This document shows, piece by piece, positions 27,006 through 38,981 of a stretch of DNA of 64,000 nt (positions within the stretch are counted from its first letter, which is position 1; every line of letters begins with the position of its first letter). Where the stretch lies: positions 4,128,001 to 4,192,000 of the forward strand of contig OZ220089.1 of the NCBI GenBank assembly GCA_964291625.2. The letters run 5' to 3'. The notes under the pieces were generated by a model, which saw nothing but the letters and a program-made list of their open reading frames with translations, made no database searches and had not been told where the DNA came from. The translations under genes and the position numbers were made by a program. The DNA is from Candidatus Latescibacterota bacterium (lineage in GTDB: Bacteria; Latescibacterota; UBA2968; UBA8231).

Positions 27006-28151
27006 TTGACCCCCCTGCTCCTGCTGTCCGCGTACGCCCTCGGCGCCCTGCTCCTGGCGTCGGCGGCCGTCCCTCCCCTCCGCCGCCTGGCCCTGCGCGC
27101 CGGCCTGGTGGACGACCCGGGGGACGCCGACTACAAGACCCACAGCCGCGCCACCCCCTGCGGCGGCGGACTCGCCATCTGGATCGGCGCCTGCGTCCCC
27201 CTCGGGGCCGCCGCCGCCTGGCTCGCCGCCGCCCGGTCCGACCTGATCCACGACGGCGTCGGGTGGATCAGCCCCTGGGCGCCGTACGCCTTCTTCCCCC
27301 TGGAGAGCTGGACCCCCACGGTCCGCGAGGTCAGCCAGGTCCTGTGCCTGCTGGGGGCGGCCACGGCGATCATGCTCCTCGGCCTGGCCGACGATCGCCG
27401 GCCCCTGCCCCCGGCCCTGCGCCTGGGCGTGCAGACCGCCCTGGGAGCGGCCCTCGTCCTCTGGGTGCCGGGGTTCCGACTGGCCACCCCCGGCGGAGGC
27501 GCCCTGGCGGTGGTGCTGAGCATCCTCTGGATCGTGGCCCTGACCAACGCCTTCAACTTCCTCGACAACATGGACGGCCTGGCCGCGGGTCTGGCCGTCC
27601 TCGGACTGGGCGCCTGCGCCGCCCTCGCCCTGGCCGCCGGACACCTGCCCATGGCAGCTCTCTGCCTGGCCTCGGCCGGGGCCTCGGGCGGCTTTCTGGT
27701 CCACAACTTCCCGGCCGCCTCGATCTTCCTGGGCGACGCCGGGGGGCTGTTGCTCGGCTTCCTCTCCGGAGCGGTCTCCGTGTCGCTCAGCTCCCAGCTC
27801 ACGGGGCCGGCCACCGGCCTCTCCGCCGCTCCCTTGCTGCTGCTGCCCCTCGTGCCCTTCGGCCTGCCGGCGTACGACCTGGTCACCGTGGTCTGGCTGC
27901 GGCTGCGCCGGGGCGTCGCCCCCTGGATCGGCGACAACCGCCACGTCAGCCACCGGCTGGTGGCCGCCGGTCTCGACCGCATCCGGGCGGTGCTCGTGCT
28001 CCATGCCCTCACGGCGGCCGTCGCCCTGCCCTGCGCCGCCGCCGGGGGAGGCGGTCCAGCGGCGGCCTGGTGGGCGGTGGCAGGCGGCACGGCGCTGCTC
28101 CTGCTCTTCGGCGGCGCCGAGATCGCCCTGGCCCACGGCCGACGGGGCTGA
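27006..28151 (+). CDS. MraY/WecA-family (GT4) polyprenyl-phosphate sugar-1-phosphate transferase
   Basis: GLADD, NAFNFLDNMDGL, IFLGDAG, HVSHRL; multiple TM helices. Confidence 0.9.
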   Translation: MTPLLLLSAYALGALLLASAAVPPLRRLALRAGLVDDPGDADYKTHSRATPCGGGLAIWIGACVPLGAAAAWLAAARSDLIHDGVGWISPWAPYAFFPLESWTPTVREVSQVLCLLGAATAIMLLGLADDRRPLPPALRLGVQTALGAALVLWVPGFRLATPGGGALAVVLSILWIVALTNAFNFLDNMDGLAAGLAVLGLGACAALALAAGHLPMAALCLASAGASGGFLVHNFPAASIFLGDAGGLLLGFLSGAVSVSLSSQLTGPATGLSAAPLLLLPLVPFGLPAYDLVTVVWLRLRRGVAPWIGDNRHVSHRLVAAGLDRIRAVLVLHALTAAVALPCAAAGGGGPAAAWWAVAGGTALLLLFGGAEIALAHGRRG

Positions 28152-28196
28152 AACTCATCAGCCCATCATCCTCACCCCAAACCAATGGTCGAGAGA

Positions 28197-28934
28197 ATGG
28201 CTGACCGTAAACGAATCCTGATCACGGGCGCCGCCGGCAAGGTCGGCAGCGCCCTGCGGCGTTACCTGCGCGATCGCTACGACTTCCGCCTCCTCTTCCA
28301 CCGCAACGTGCCCGAGGTGGAGGCGGGAGACCAGGTCGTCGTCTCCGACCTGTCCAACCTGGAGTGCATGATCGAGATCGGCGAGGGCATGCACGCCATC
28401 GTCCACCTGGGCATCGCCGTGGCCGGCGGCGGCGCGCCCCGGGCCCTGTACAATCAGATGATCTTCGAGGCCAACATCCGCGGCACCTACAACATCTTCG
28501 AGTCGGCGCGCATCAACGGAGTGCCCAAGGTGGTCTTCGCCAGCACCAACCACGTCACCGGGTTCTACGAGAGGGAGGGCGCTGTCTCCCGCCCCGAGCT
28601 GCCCGTCCGCCCGGACAGCATGTACGGCGTCAGCAAGGCCTACGGCGAGGCCCTCGGCCGCTACTACTACGACCAGTACGGGATCTCCTGCTACAACATC
28701 CGCATCGCCAACTTCCCCGAGACCGACGAGGTGAACTCCGAGTACGAGCCGGGCATGAACCGCTGGCTCTCGTCGCGGGACATGGCGGAGCTCACCCACT
28801 GCTGCCTGGCCGGCCCCGACCCGAAGTTCGCCATCGTCTACGGCGCCTCCCTCGGCGGCGAGCTCAAGTGGGACCTGGAGAGCGGCAGGGAGCTGGGCTG
28901 GCAACCGCGGGACCGGGGCGCGCCGTCGCCGTGA
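28197..28934 (+). CDS. NAD-dependent epimerase/dehydratase family protein (uronate dehydrogenase-like)
   Basis: ITGAAGKVG, FASTNH, YGVSK, WLSSRD. Confidence 0.85.
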   Translation: MADRKRILITGAAGKVGSALRRYLRDRYDFRLLFHRNVPEVEAGDQVVVSDLSNLECMIEIGEGMHAIVHLGIAVAGGGAPRALYNQMIFEANIRGTYNIFESARINGVPKVVFASTNHVTGFYEREGAVSRPELPVRPDSMYGVSKAYGEALGRYYYDQYGISCYNIRIANFPETDEVNSEYEPGMNRWLSSRDMAELTHCCLAGPDPKFAIVYGASLGGELKWDLESGRELGWQPRDRGAPSP

Positions 28935-29593
28935 CCGCCCCCGTCTCGGGACTGGGCGGCGGCTACGCGGAGTCCCGGCCCGATGCGGGGCCGACGGTGC
29001 GCGCCGTGCTCGAGGCCGCCGCCCCGGGGGCCCGGGGTTCCCGGCTGGTCGTGGTCTCCGGCCCTCCCGGGGTGGGCAAGACGGCCCTCGTGGAGCGGCT
29101 CCTTCCGGTGGTGCCGGGGTCCGTGTGCGTCGACAAGGACGCCGCCGCTGGCGCCTTCGTCCTCGAGGCGGCGCGCCAGGACGGCGTCCCCGGGGCCGGG
29201 GCCTACGGCACCGACCGCTACTGGCGGCGGCTGCGGCCCCTCGAGTACTCCGGGGCGGTGGCCACCGCCTGCGCCAACCTCGTCGGTCGGCGCGTGGTCT
29301 TCCTCGCCGGCGGCTGGGGGCCGGAGCTGGCCTGCCCATCCCTGTGGCCCGCCCTCGGCGAGGCCCTGGCCCCGGCGCGGCTCACCGTCCTCCATCTCGA
29401 CGCCCCCGAGCGCGAGACCTGGCGGCGGCGGCTGCAGACCCGGGGCTCGCGCTCCGACAGCCCCTGGTTCGAGAGCTTCGCCGAGAGCGTCACCTCCCTG
29501 CCCGTGTGGGACGGCGCGGTGCGGCTGGGCACCGACGGCCCGTTCGCCGCCGTCGCCCAGGCCGCCGTGGACGCCCTCGGCATCGACACCTGA
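28931..29593 (+). CDS. P-loop small-molecule kinase-like protein (AAA_33-type)
   Basis: VSGPPGVGKT Walker A, VDKD, RRLQTRG lid motif; GTGA overlap with the previous gene. Confidence 0.75.
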   Translation: MTAPVSGLGGGYAESRPDAGPTVRAVLEAAAPGARGSRLVVVSGPPGVGKTALVERLLPVVPGSVCVDKDAAAGAFVLEAARQDGVPGAGAYGTDRYWRRLRPLEYSGAVATACANLVGRRVVFLAGGWGPELACPSLWPALGEALAPARLTVLHLDAPERETWRRRLQTRGSRSDSPWFESFAESVTSLPVWDGAVRLGTDGPFAAVAQAAVDALGIDT

Positions 29594-29605
29594 GAGAGGC
29601 CTCCC

Positions 29606-30868
29606 ATGGACATCCTCCACGGCGCCTTCGGTTACGCGGTCCTCATGGGTCTGGCCTGGGCCGCGGGCACCCGGACGGGACCCCCGCCCTGGCGCACGGT
29701 GCTGGCCGCCACCGGGCTGCAGCTGGTCCTGGCGGCGGTGCTCCTCCTCAGCGGCCTGCGCGGCCACGTCTTCGCCATCGTCGGCGGTCTCACCGAGCTC
29801 CTCGAGGTGACGGCGCTGAGGGCCAACGAGTCGCTGCTGTTCTCCGGCGTCACCGGCTCCGAGTTCGTCCGCGCCTACGGCCCGATCCTGGCCCTGGAGA
29901 TCGCCGCCATCATCATCTTCGTCGCCTCCCTCTCCAGGGTCCTCTACCACTACGGGGTCCTGCCCTGGGCGATCGGCCAGCTCAGCCGCTTCATGCAGCG
30001 CCTCTTCGGGATCAGCGCCGCCGAGAGCGTCTCGGTGACCGCCAACATCGTCCTGGGAATGACCGAGGCGCCGCTGCTGATCCGTCCGTACGTGGCGCGC
30101 CTGACCCTCAGCGAGCTGTTCTGCCTGATGACGGCCGGCATGGCGACGATCGCCGGCACGGTGATGGTGGTCTACGCCAGCATGCTCGCGGGAGCCCACC
30201 CGGAGATCGCCGGCCACTTGTTCACCGCGTCCCTGATCAGCGCCCCGGCGGCGGTGGCCGTGGCCAAGCTGATGTACCCGGAGACGGAGGCGCCCGTCAC
30301 CGCCGGCGGCCGCATCGAGCTGGAGAAGGGGGACACCCTCAACGGGCTGGACGCGGCGGCCCGCGGAGCCTCCGAAGGGATGCAGCTGTTCCTCAACATC
30401 CTGGCCATGCTCATCGCCTTCATCGGGCTGGTGGCCCTGGTCAACCTCGCCGTCGGCTGGACGGGGAGGATGGTCGCCGGAGAGGCGGGGGCCGCCTGGA
30501 GCCTTCAGGCGGCCAGCGGCTGGGTGCTGCGCCTGCCCTGCTGGCTCATGGGGGTCTCGTGGTCGGAGGCGGCCGTCATCGGCCAGCTCATGGGCCTCAA
30601 GACGGTCCTCAACGAGTTCGTGGCCTACGTGGAGTTGTCGACGCGCATGAGCGGCGGCCGGAGCGGCCTGAGCGACCGCGCCTTCCTCATCGCCGTGTAC
30701 GCCATGTGCGGCTTCGCCAACTTCGGGTCGGTGGCGATCATGATCGGCGGCGTCGGCAGCATCGCCCCGGAGCGCCGCGGGGACCTGGCCCGGCTGGGGC
30801 TTCGGTCGATCGCGGCCGGGACCCTGGCCACGATGCTCACCGGATGCGTGGTGGGGTTCTTCGTCTGA
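29606..30868 (+). CDS. Concentrative nucleoside transporter (NupC/CNT family)
   Basis: GMTEAPLLIRPY, GMATIAG, NEFVAY, CGFANFGS. Confidence 0.93.
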   Translation: MDILHGAFGYAVLMGLAWAAGTRTGPPPWRTVLAATGLQLVLAAVLLLSGLRGHVFAIVGGLTELLEVTALRANESLLFSGVTGSEFVRAYGPILALEIAAIIIFVASLSRVLYHYGVLPWAIGQLSRFMQRLFGISAAESVSVTANIVLGMTEAPLLIRPYVARLTLSELFCLMTAGMATIAGTVMVVYASMLAGAHPEIAGHLFTASLISAPAAVAVAKLMYPETEAPVTAGGRIELEKGDTLNGLDAAARGASEGMQLFLNILAMLIAFIGLVALVNLAVGWTGRMVAGEAGAAWSLQAASGWVLRLPCWLMGVSWSEAAVIGQLMGLKTVLNEFVAYVELSTRMSGGRSGLSDRAFLIAVYAMCGFANFGSVAIMIGGVGSIAPERRGDLARLGLRSIAAGTLATMLTGCVVGFFV

Positions 30869-30953
30869 TGGCGGGATCCAAAACCCTGTCGAAACGTCGG
30901 TATATATACTATATTAGGACGTTTCCCAAAAACCCATCGCCGTTACGACGACC

Positions 30954-31217
30954 ATGGCCAAGCAACGCAAGTCCGCATACCGGGCCCAGTTCGACGGACA
31001 TCGTCGGCTGGCCGCCGCCGTCATCCTCCAGGCCATCAAGGACATGTCCACCGGTCCCACCTCGCAGGAGCAGGAGAGCGCCGTCGAGTTCCTGCAGGGG
31101 GACATGTGGCCCTTCTCCGACGTCCTCGACCTGCCGGCCGACGGCCGCGCTCTCCAGGACTACCTCAAGACGCTGGAGGTGAAGCACCTCGAGGCCGAGG
31201 CGCCGGGCACCAACTGA
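30954..31217 (+). CDS. Small hypothetical protein
   Basis: 87-aa ORF with normal codon usage downstream of an AT-rich promoter-like patch. Confidence 0.7.
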   Translation: MAKQRKSAYRAQFDGHRRLAAAVILQAIKDMSTGPTSQEQESAVEFLQGDMWPFSDVLDLPADGRALQDYLKTLEVKHLEAEAPGTN

Positions 31218-31262
31218 TCCGGCGCCGATGACCCCCGCGGCCTCGAGGAGCGGGCCCCGCCG

Positions 31263-32558
31263 ATGACCTCCGCGTCCGGCGAACCCCGCTGGCAGTCCGA
31301 TTTCCCCGTGCGCGCGGCGACCCACGGCCCGCGGCACCACTTCTTCGGGTACTACGACAAGACCTGCTGGGACGGCGGCGGGCGCCGCCTCCTCTGCCTC
31401 GAGACGGAGTTCCTGGCGCGGCCCCCCGCCACCGCCGACGGCGCCGCCGTGGGCGTCGTCGACCTCGACGGCGGCGGCTTCCGCGCCCTGGGCCGGACGC
31501 GCGCCTGGTGCTGGCAGCAGAGCTCCATGCTCCACTGGCTGCCGTCGCCCCACGCCACCGGCCACGTGGCCGACCGCGGCCCGGCCCCCGAGACCCCCTG
31601 GATCATCCACAACGACCGCCTGGACCCGGGCGAGGAGCCCGAGAGGCCCAGCGAGCGCGGGTGGGACGGTGTCCCGGGTGATGCCCCCCGCTTCGTGGCG
31701 GTCGTGCGCGAGGCGGAGACCGGCGAGGTGGTGCGCACCCTGCCGCGGCCGGTCTACGCCCTCAGCCGCGACGGCCGCCAGGCGGTGACCCTGAACTTCT
31801 CGCGCCTGCAGCATCAGCGCCCCGGCTACGGATACCCCGGGGTGCCCGACCCCGGGCGGCAAGTGGGCGAGCCGGAGGACGACGGCATCTGGTGGCTCGA
31901 CGTCGAGACCGGCGAGCACCGCCTGATCCTCTCCCTCGCGCAGGTCGCCGGCATCGACCGCGGGCCCGGCTTCGACGGCGCCGTGCACCGCTTCAACCAC
32001 CTTCAGTTCTCCCCCGACGACCGCCGCTTCGTCTTCCTCCACCGCTGGCAGACGAGCCCCGACGCCCCCCGCCATCACCGCATGATCACGGCGCGGCCCG
32101 ACGGCGGCGAGGTGGCCATCGTCGCCTCCCACGGCGCCGTCTCCCACTTCGACTGGCGCGACCCGGACCACATCCTGGCCTGGGGCTTCCACCGGGGCAT
32201 CGGCGACCGCTACCTCCTCTTCCGGGACCGCTCCCACCACCAGGTGGAGGTGCTCGGCGAGGGCCAGCTGACCGAGGACGGCCACTGCAGCTACTCGCCC
32301 GGCGGCCGCTGGCTGCTCACCGACACCTATCCCCGGGGCGGGACCACCCGCACCCTGATCCTCTACGACCTGGCCGGGGACCGGCGGATCGACGTGGGGC
32401 GGTTCCACTCGCCGCCCGCCATCACCGGCGAGATCCGCTGCGACCTCCACCCCCGCTGGAACCGCGACGGCACGCAGGTCTGCATCGATTCGGCCCACGA
32501 GGGCCACCGCCAGCTCTACATCGTCGACGTGAGCGGCCTCACCGCCGCCGGCGGCTGA
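31263..32558 (+). CDS. Beta-propeller protein, oligogalacturonate-lyase/TolB-like
   Basis: HHFFGYYDK, NHLQFSPD, DGHCSYSP, TDTYP, RCDLHPRW. Confidence 0.7.
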   Translation: MTSASGEPRWQSDFPVRAATHGPRHHFFGYYDKTCWDGGGRRLLCLETEFLARPPATADGAAVGVVDLDGGGFRALGRTRAWCWQQSSMLHWLPSPHATGHVADRGPAPETPWIIHNDRLDPGEEPERPSERGWDGVPGDAPRFVAVVREAETGEVVRTLPRPVYALSRDGRQAVTLNFSRLQHQRPGYGYPGVPDPGRQVGEPEDDGIWWLDVETGEHRLILSLAQVAGIDRGPGFDGAVHRFNHLQFSPDDRRFVFLHRWQTSPDAPRHHRMITARPDGGEVAIVASHGAVSHFDWRDPDHILAWGFHRGIGDRYLLFRDRSHHQVEVLGEGQLTEDGHCSYSPGGRWLLTDTYPRGGTTRTLILYDLAGDRRIDVGRFHSPPAITGEIRCDLHPRWNRDGTQVCIDSAHEGHRQLYIVDVSGLTAAGG

Positions 32559-32582
32559 GAGCTCCGGCGCCGGCCGGCCCCG

Positions 32583-35126
32583 TCAGCTTCCGAAGATCCC
32601 CGAGTCGAACCGCGCCAGGCTCGCCCCGGCGCTCCAGCCGGCCCGGTCCAGCCGCCGGGTGACGTCGAGGCGCAGCAGGTGGAAGACCACCAGCGAGAGC
32701 CCGGCCTCGTGGCGGAAGCCGTCCTGGTAGCGCGGATCGTAGCCCAGGCCGGCCAGGCGCTGCGGGTCGATCCAGGTGCGGCCGGACGCCCCGTGCACCA
32801 CCAGCCCCGCCCCGCGCATGGCGAGGTCCCAGAGTCCCAGCAGCTCGAAGGGGGCGCTCTTGAAGTCGTGCTCCCAGTAGAGGGCGGCGTAGTGCTCGCC
32901 TTCGTGGGGATGGCCGCGCACGCTGCGGAAGGCGCCGAAGGGGGAGAAGGGGAGCAAGCCGGCCTCCAGGGCGCCGAAGCGCTGCAGAGGCAGGCGGCCG
33001 AAGGCGTAGCCCGCCACCAGCCGCAGGGACAGGGCGTTCGGGGTGGAGCGCCGCCGGAGGAAGGTCGGGAAGTGGCCGTCGAGGGCCAGGTGCAGGCGCG
33101 TGAAGGAGAAGTCGCCGCCGAGCAGGCCGCCGTGCTCCGCCTTCGCCTCCACGCGCCGGTTGGCCCTCAGCCCGAAGGGCCGGTAGGGGCCGCCCCACTC
33201 GAAGCGGGCCTCCAGCGAGCGCAGCCGGCCCTCCTCGACGGCGGGATTCGGCCGCGGCTGCCAGTCGCGGCCCAGGAGATTGAAGCGGGTCGTCTCCGCC
33301 AGGGAGGAGTGGTCCTCGTCCCGGAGGCCCGCCTCCAGGGCGGTCCGGCCCGGCAGCCACAGCCGCAGGCGGGCGCGCATGCCCTCGCGCCAGTACCAGT
33401 CGAAGTAGTCGTCCAGGCCCAGCAGGCTCTGGGCGCTGTTGAGCAGCGGGGTCCAGCTGTCCGAAGGACTGCGCGGCGCCTTGCCGCTGCCGTATTCCAG
33501 GTCGACCCGGAGGCGGGTCGTGACCCGGGACTGGACCAGGGTGTGGCCCGGGGTCGTGGTCGTGGTCCGCTCCTCCTTCTGCCATCCCCAGGCGGCGTGG
33601 CCGCGCCAGGACCCGCGCTTGAGGCCCAGATCCCAGGCGCCGCCGCCTCCCGCCTCCAGGCCCGCGAGACCGGCCCCTCCGGGACCAGGGCTCCAGACCA
33701 TGGTCGTCCCCGGCGCGGCCTCCTGCCACCGGGGCGCCTGCCACCTGCGGCTTCCCGCCAGGCCCAGGTGGGCTCCACCGACGCGGTCGTAGAGCAGATC
33801 CGGCTTCCAGTCGATCCCCGCCGGCCGCCCCGGGCCCGCGCCCTTCGCGGCTGGCTGACTGACGGCGCCCTTCCCGTCCTCCTCTCCCATGTCCGGGAGG
33901 AGCCGTCGGGCGAGGAACCCCGTGGGCCGGAAGGCCCGTTCCAGCCGCAGGGTGCTGTCTATGGTGGCGTAGGCCTCCCGCTCCCGGTCGGAGAGGGGCA
34001 CCTTGTCCGCCAGTCCGGCGAAGGTGCTGTCCCGGGCCACGGCCGCGGTATCGACGCGCACTACCGGCCCGCCGGCGTAGAGCGAGTCGGGCAGGTCGGC
34101 GTTGACCTCGTAGTCGTCGAGCCGCGTCAGGGAGGAGAACCGGGCCGCGGGGAAGCGCAGCCCGGCCATGCCGATCTTCGCCTCCAGCGAGAACCGGTGG
34201 TCCACCGGCAGCCAGACCTCCCCGAAGCCGCGGAACTGCTGGCGCCAGGCCAGGTCCAGGCGCTCCAGCACGGGCAGGGGTACGGCCGAGGTCAGGACCG
34301 CCCGGCTGGGCGCCAGGTCCACCTCGAGGAGGACGAAGGCCCCGTCGAGGACCGAGACGCGGCCCGTGAAGGCGGCCGCCAGCCGGCTCCTCGGCTCCAC
34401 GGAGATGTCGAAGACCACCCGGTCGTCCAGGTAGCGCCGGCCCACCAGGCGGAACCGGTAGTGGTCGAGGGCCTCCGGGTGGGTCGGACCGATCAGCGTC
34501 TGTCCGACCATGTGGATGTCGTCGTCGTAGAAGTCGACGAACCCCTCCAGGGCCGGGGTGATGCCGGTCTCCCCCTCCACGTTGCGGGTGGTGCGGCGGG
34601 ACTTGACCACCTCGCGCAGGCCGCGGTCCCGGTCCCAGTAGATCTCCGAGGCGGTCTCGCCGATGGTGACGATGCCGTCGTCGTTCTCCAGGACCCGGCG
34701 CGTGTAGGCGCGGGCGCGGTACCCGGCCACCAGCGGCCTCCAGACCTGCTTGTTGCGGATCACCCGGGCCATGATCCCCTCCGCCGGGTCCCCGGGGGTG
34801 ACCACGAGGGGCTCGAGGGGGTAAGGCGCCGGGACCAGGGCGAAGTCCACCGGTCCCGGAGGCGCCGTCAGGACGCTGTCCCGGGAGGCGTAGCCGATGT
34901 GGGTCACCTCCAGGCCCGCCGGCCAGCGGCGGACCTCGATGCGGTACTCGCCCTCGTCGTTGGCGATGGTGCCGCGGTAGGAGCCGGCCAGCCGCACCGT
35001 GGCCGCGGGCAGGGGCTGCCCCGTGGCCGCGTCGACGACGGAGCCCTGCACCCACCAGGGCTGGCCCTGGGCGGAACCCGCCCACAGGAGGGCCAGCACC
35101 GCCAGTCCCCTCGTCGCGGCGCCCAT
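32583..35126 (-). CDS. Outer-membrane protein with carboxypeptidase-regulatory-like domain and DUF5686-like region
   Basis: Signal peptide; GSVVDAATGQPLPAATV..GTIANDEGEY..IGY; C-terminal alternating beta strands with VRGH; start overlaps the kinase stop. Confidence 0.75.
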   Translation of the reverse strand: MGAATRGLAVLALLWAGSAQGQPWWVQGSVVDAATGQPLPAATVRLAGSYRGTIANDEGEYRIEVRRWPAGLEVTHIGYASRDSVLTAPPGPVDFALVPAPYPLEPLVVTPGDPAEGIMARVIRNKQVWRPLVAGYRARAYTRRVLENDDGIVTIGETASEIYWDRDRGLREVVKSRRTTRNVEGETGITPALEGFVDFYDDDIHMVGQTLIGPTHPEALDHYRFRLVGRRYLDDRVVFDISVEPRSRLAAAFTGRVSVLDGAFVLLEVDLAPSRAVLTSAVPLPVLERLDLAWRQQFRGFGEVWLPVDHRFSLEAKIGMAGLRFPAARFSSLTRLDDYEVNADLPDSLYAGGPVVRVDTAAVARDSTFAGLADKVPLSDREREAYATIDSTLRLERAFRPTGFLARRLLPDMGEEDGKGAVSQPAAKGAGPGRPAGIDWKPDLLYDRVGGAHLGLAGSRRWQAPRWQEAAPGTTMVWSPGPGGAGLAGLEAGGGGAWDLGLKRGSWRGHAAWGWQKEERTTTTTPGHTLVQSRVTTRLRVDLEYGSGKAPRSPSDSWTPLLNSAQSLLGLDDYFDWYWREGMRARLRLWLPGRTALEAGLRDEDHSSLAETTRFNLLGRDWQPRPNPAVEEGRLRSLEARFEWGGPYRPFGLRANRRVEAKAEHGGLLGGDFSFTRLHLALDGHFPTFLRRRSTPNALSLRLVAGYAFGRLPLQRFGALEAGLLPFSPFGAFRSVRGHPHEGEHYAALYWEHDFKSAPFELLGLWDLAMRGAGLVVHGASGRTWIDPQRLAGLGYDPRYQDGFRHEAGLSLVVFHLLRLDVTRRLDRAGWSAGASLARFDSGIFGS

Positions 35127-36420
35127 CAGAAGCGGATGGAGAACCGCGTCGGCTCGCCGGCCGGGCTCTCCAGGGAGAAGGCGAAGCGGTGGCGCCCCAG
35201 GATCTCCTGCACCAGGGTCAGGCCGAGGCCCCGGCGGTTCTCCCGGGTGCTGAAGAAGGGGGTGAAGAGGCTCTCGGCCACCTCGGGGTCGATCCCCGGC
35301 CCCGAGTCCTCGATCACGGCGAAGGGCCGGTCCTCGACCCCCAGGCGAATGGTGATGCGCCCGTCCTCGCCGATCGCCTCCACCGCGTTCCTCAGGACGT
35401 TGACGAAGACCTGCTCCATCTGGCCCTCGTCCATGGCGACCGGGGCCAGCTCCTCCTGCACCTGCCACTCCCACTCGATCCGGCGCTGCTCGCACTCGGC
35501 GCGCATGAGCAGGGCGATGCCGCGCAGCAGGGCCTCCAGGTCCACCGGGCGGGGGCGCGGCGCCGGCAGCCGCACCACGTCGGCGTAGCTGCGCATGAAG
35601 GCGCTGAGGTGGTCGATGCGGCCGCTGGCCACCCGCAGGGCGTTCTCGAAGTCGCCGCGGTCGGCCTCGCGCAGCTGGTCCTTGTAGTGGAGACAGGAGT
35701 GGAGCAGGGAGTTGACGGCTCCCGTCGAGTTGTTCACCTCGTGCGAGAGCAGGCGGATCACCTTCTCGTAGGCCTCCTTCTCCGACAGGCGCAGTTCCTC
35801 GGTGAGCTCCTCCATGAGGATGAAGTGGCGGGGGAAGCCCTGGTCGATGAACTGCGACCTGCGGCAGCGCACGCGCCGGCCCTGCACCCGCAGGACCTCG
35901 GACCCGCCCACGTCGAGAGCCTCCAGGGAGCGGCCGAAGTCCGTGCCCAGCTCGTCGAGCCCGCGGCCCTCGGCCTCGTCCCCGGCCAGCCCCAGGAGGC
36001 GCGCCGCGGCGGGGTTGGCCAGGGCGATCCGGCCGTCGAAGTCGAGGGTGACGATCCCCGACGGCGACGCCGCCAGGATCCTGTCCATGAAGTGGTGCTG
36101 TTCCTCCAGCCGCGTGCGCTCCTCGCGAAGCTGGTCGATCATGCGGTTGTACACGCCCACGAGGCGGTCCATCTCCGGCTGGCCCACCTCGATGAACTTG
36201 CTGGTGAAGTCCTGCTCGCCGATCAGCTCGGCGCCGGTGCCGATCAGGTCGAGGGGCACCCGCAGGTGGTGGACCAGGCGTGCGCCGGCCAGGAAGGAGA
36301 GGAGGAAGAACAGCTCGAGGGCGAGGAGCCACGGCTTCTCGTCGATCAGCAGGTACCCGGAGACCCCGGCGAATACGAGGTGGATGCCGAGCAGGTAGAG
36401 GATCAGCTTGAGGCGCAGGC

Positions 36421-36424
<4 letters not shown>
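35126..36424 (-). CDS. PAS-domain sensor histidine kinase
   Basis: Two N-terminal TMs, PAS, H-box SHEVNN, NVLRNAVEA, DSGPGI, FTPFFST, GLGL. Confidence 0.93.
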
Positions 36425-37814
<1,390 letters not shown>

Positions 37815-37818
<4 letters not shown>

Positions 37819-38981
37819 TCGGAGTGCAGGGCCTCGGCCGGCCGCACGCGGCAGGCGAGCCGCCCCGGGTAGAGACTGCAGACGACCACGAGCCCGTAGA
37901 CGACCAGGGCCGACAGGACCAGGCTCAGGGCGAAGATCCCGCCGCCGTAGTCGAGCAGGTCGAGCAGGGGCAGCTGCACGATCAGCACCGCGGCGGCGAG
38001 GACGCCGGCGCTGGCCACGATCAGCATCTCCCCCGTCAGCTGGGAAAAGATACCGACCGCCGACCCGCCCAGGGCCCTCCTCAGACCGATCTCCTCGACC
38101 CTCAGGGTGGCCCGCTGCCAGAGCACGCCGCTCAGGGAGAGGGCCACCATGGCCAGGACCAGGGCCGAGACGACCCCGAGGGCGAAGAGGGGCACCAGGG
38201 TCAGCTTGAAGGCCGAGGCGCGGTCCTCCGCCAGGGTGGTGATCCTCACGCCGTGGCCCGGCGCCAGGGCCCGGAGCCGCCGGTCGATCTCCTCCTGGGC
38301 CGCCAGGGGGGTGCCGGCGCGCACCTCGACCAGGAACTGAGCGGGATCGTCCTCCCCAAGGCGCTGGAATACGAAGAACCCGGGATCGGACAGCTCGCCG
38401 CCGCGGCGGTAGTCGGATACGACCCCGACGATTCGCCCGTGGAAGCCTTGCCATTCCTCGATGCGCCGGCCGAGGGGGTCCTCGTCGCCGAAGAGGGCCT
38501 CGGCGAGGGGCCGGGTGACCACGACCGGGTCCCAGTCCAGGGCCGCGTCCTCCTCGCCGAACCACCGGCCGCTGACCAGCTCGATCCCGAGGGTGTGGTG
38601 GAACTCGTCGGAGACGACGCCGTTGGAGACGAAGCGCCCGTCCACGGTGAACTGGGACTGGAAGCCGAAGGCGAAGGGGAGGGCGATGTACTCCGCGGAG
38701 GCGACCGACTCGACCCAGTCGAACCCCCGCAGGGCCAGGTAGACCTGCTCGCGGCTCACGGGCGCGGCTTCCCCGTCCGGCTGCAACAGTCCGTCCGGGT
38801 GGAAGGCCACCACCCACCGGTCCTCGTAGGAGTACCCGAGGGGCCGCCGGTAGTTGGCGGACTTGTCGAGGGCGAGGGAGAGGGTGACGAAGAGGAGCAC
38901 GAAGGAGATGAAGATCTGCAGGGTTGTGAGCCCGTTCGACCTCCTGCGGTTCCAGACGATCTTGCACAGGTGGCGGATCAT
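37815..38981 (-). CDS. MacB/FtsX-like ABC permease, B-type copy 3
   Basis: MIRHLCKIVWNRRR; periplasmic domain; EIGLRRALG; PAEALHSE. Confidence 0.9.
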
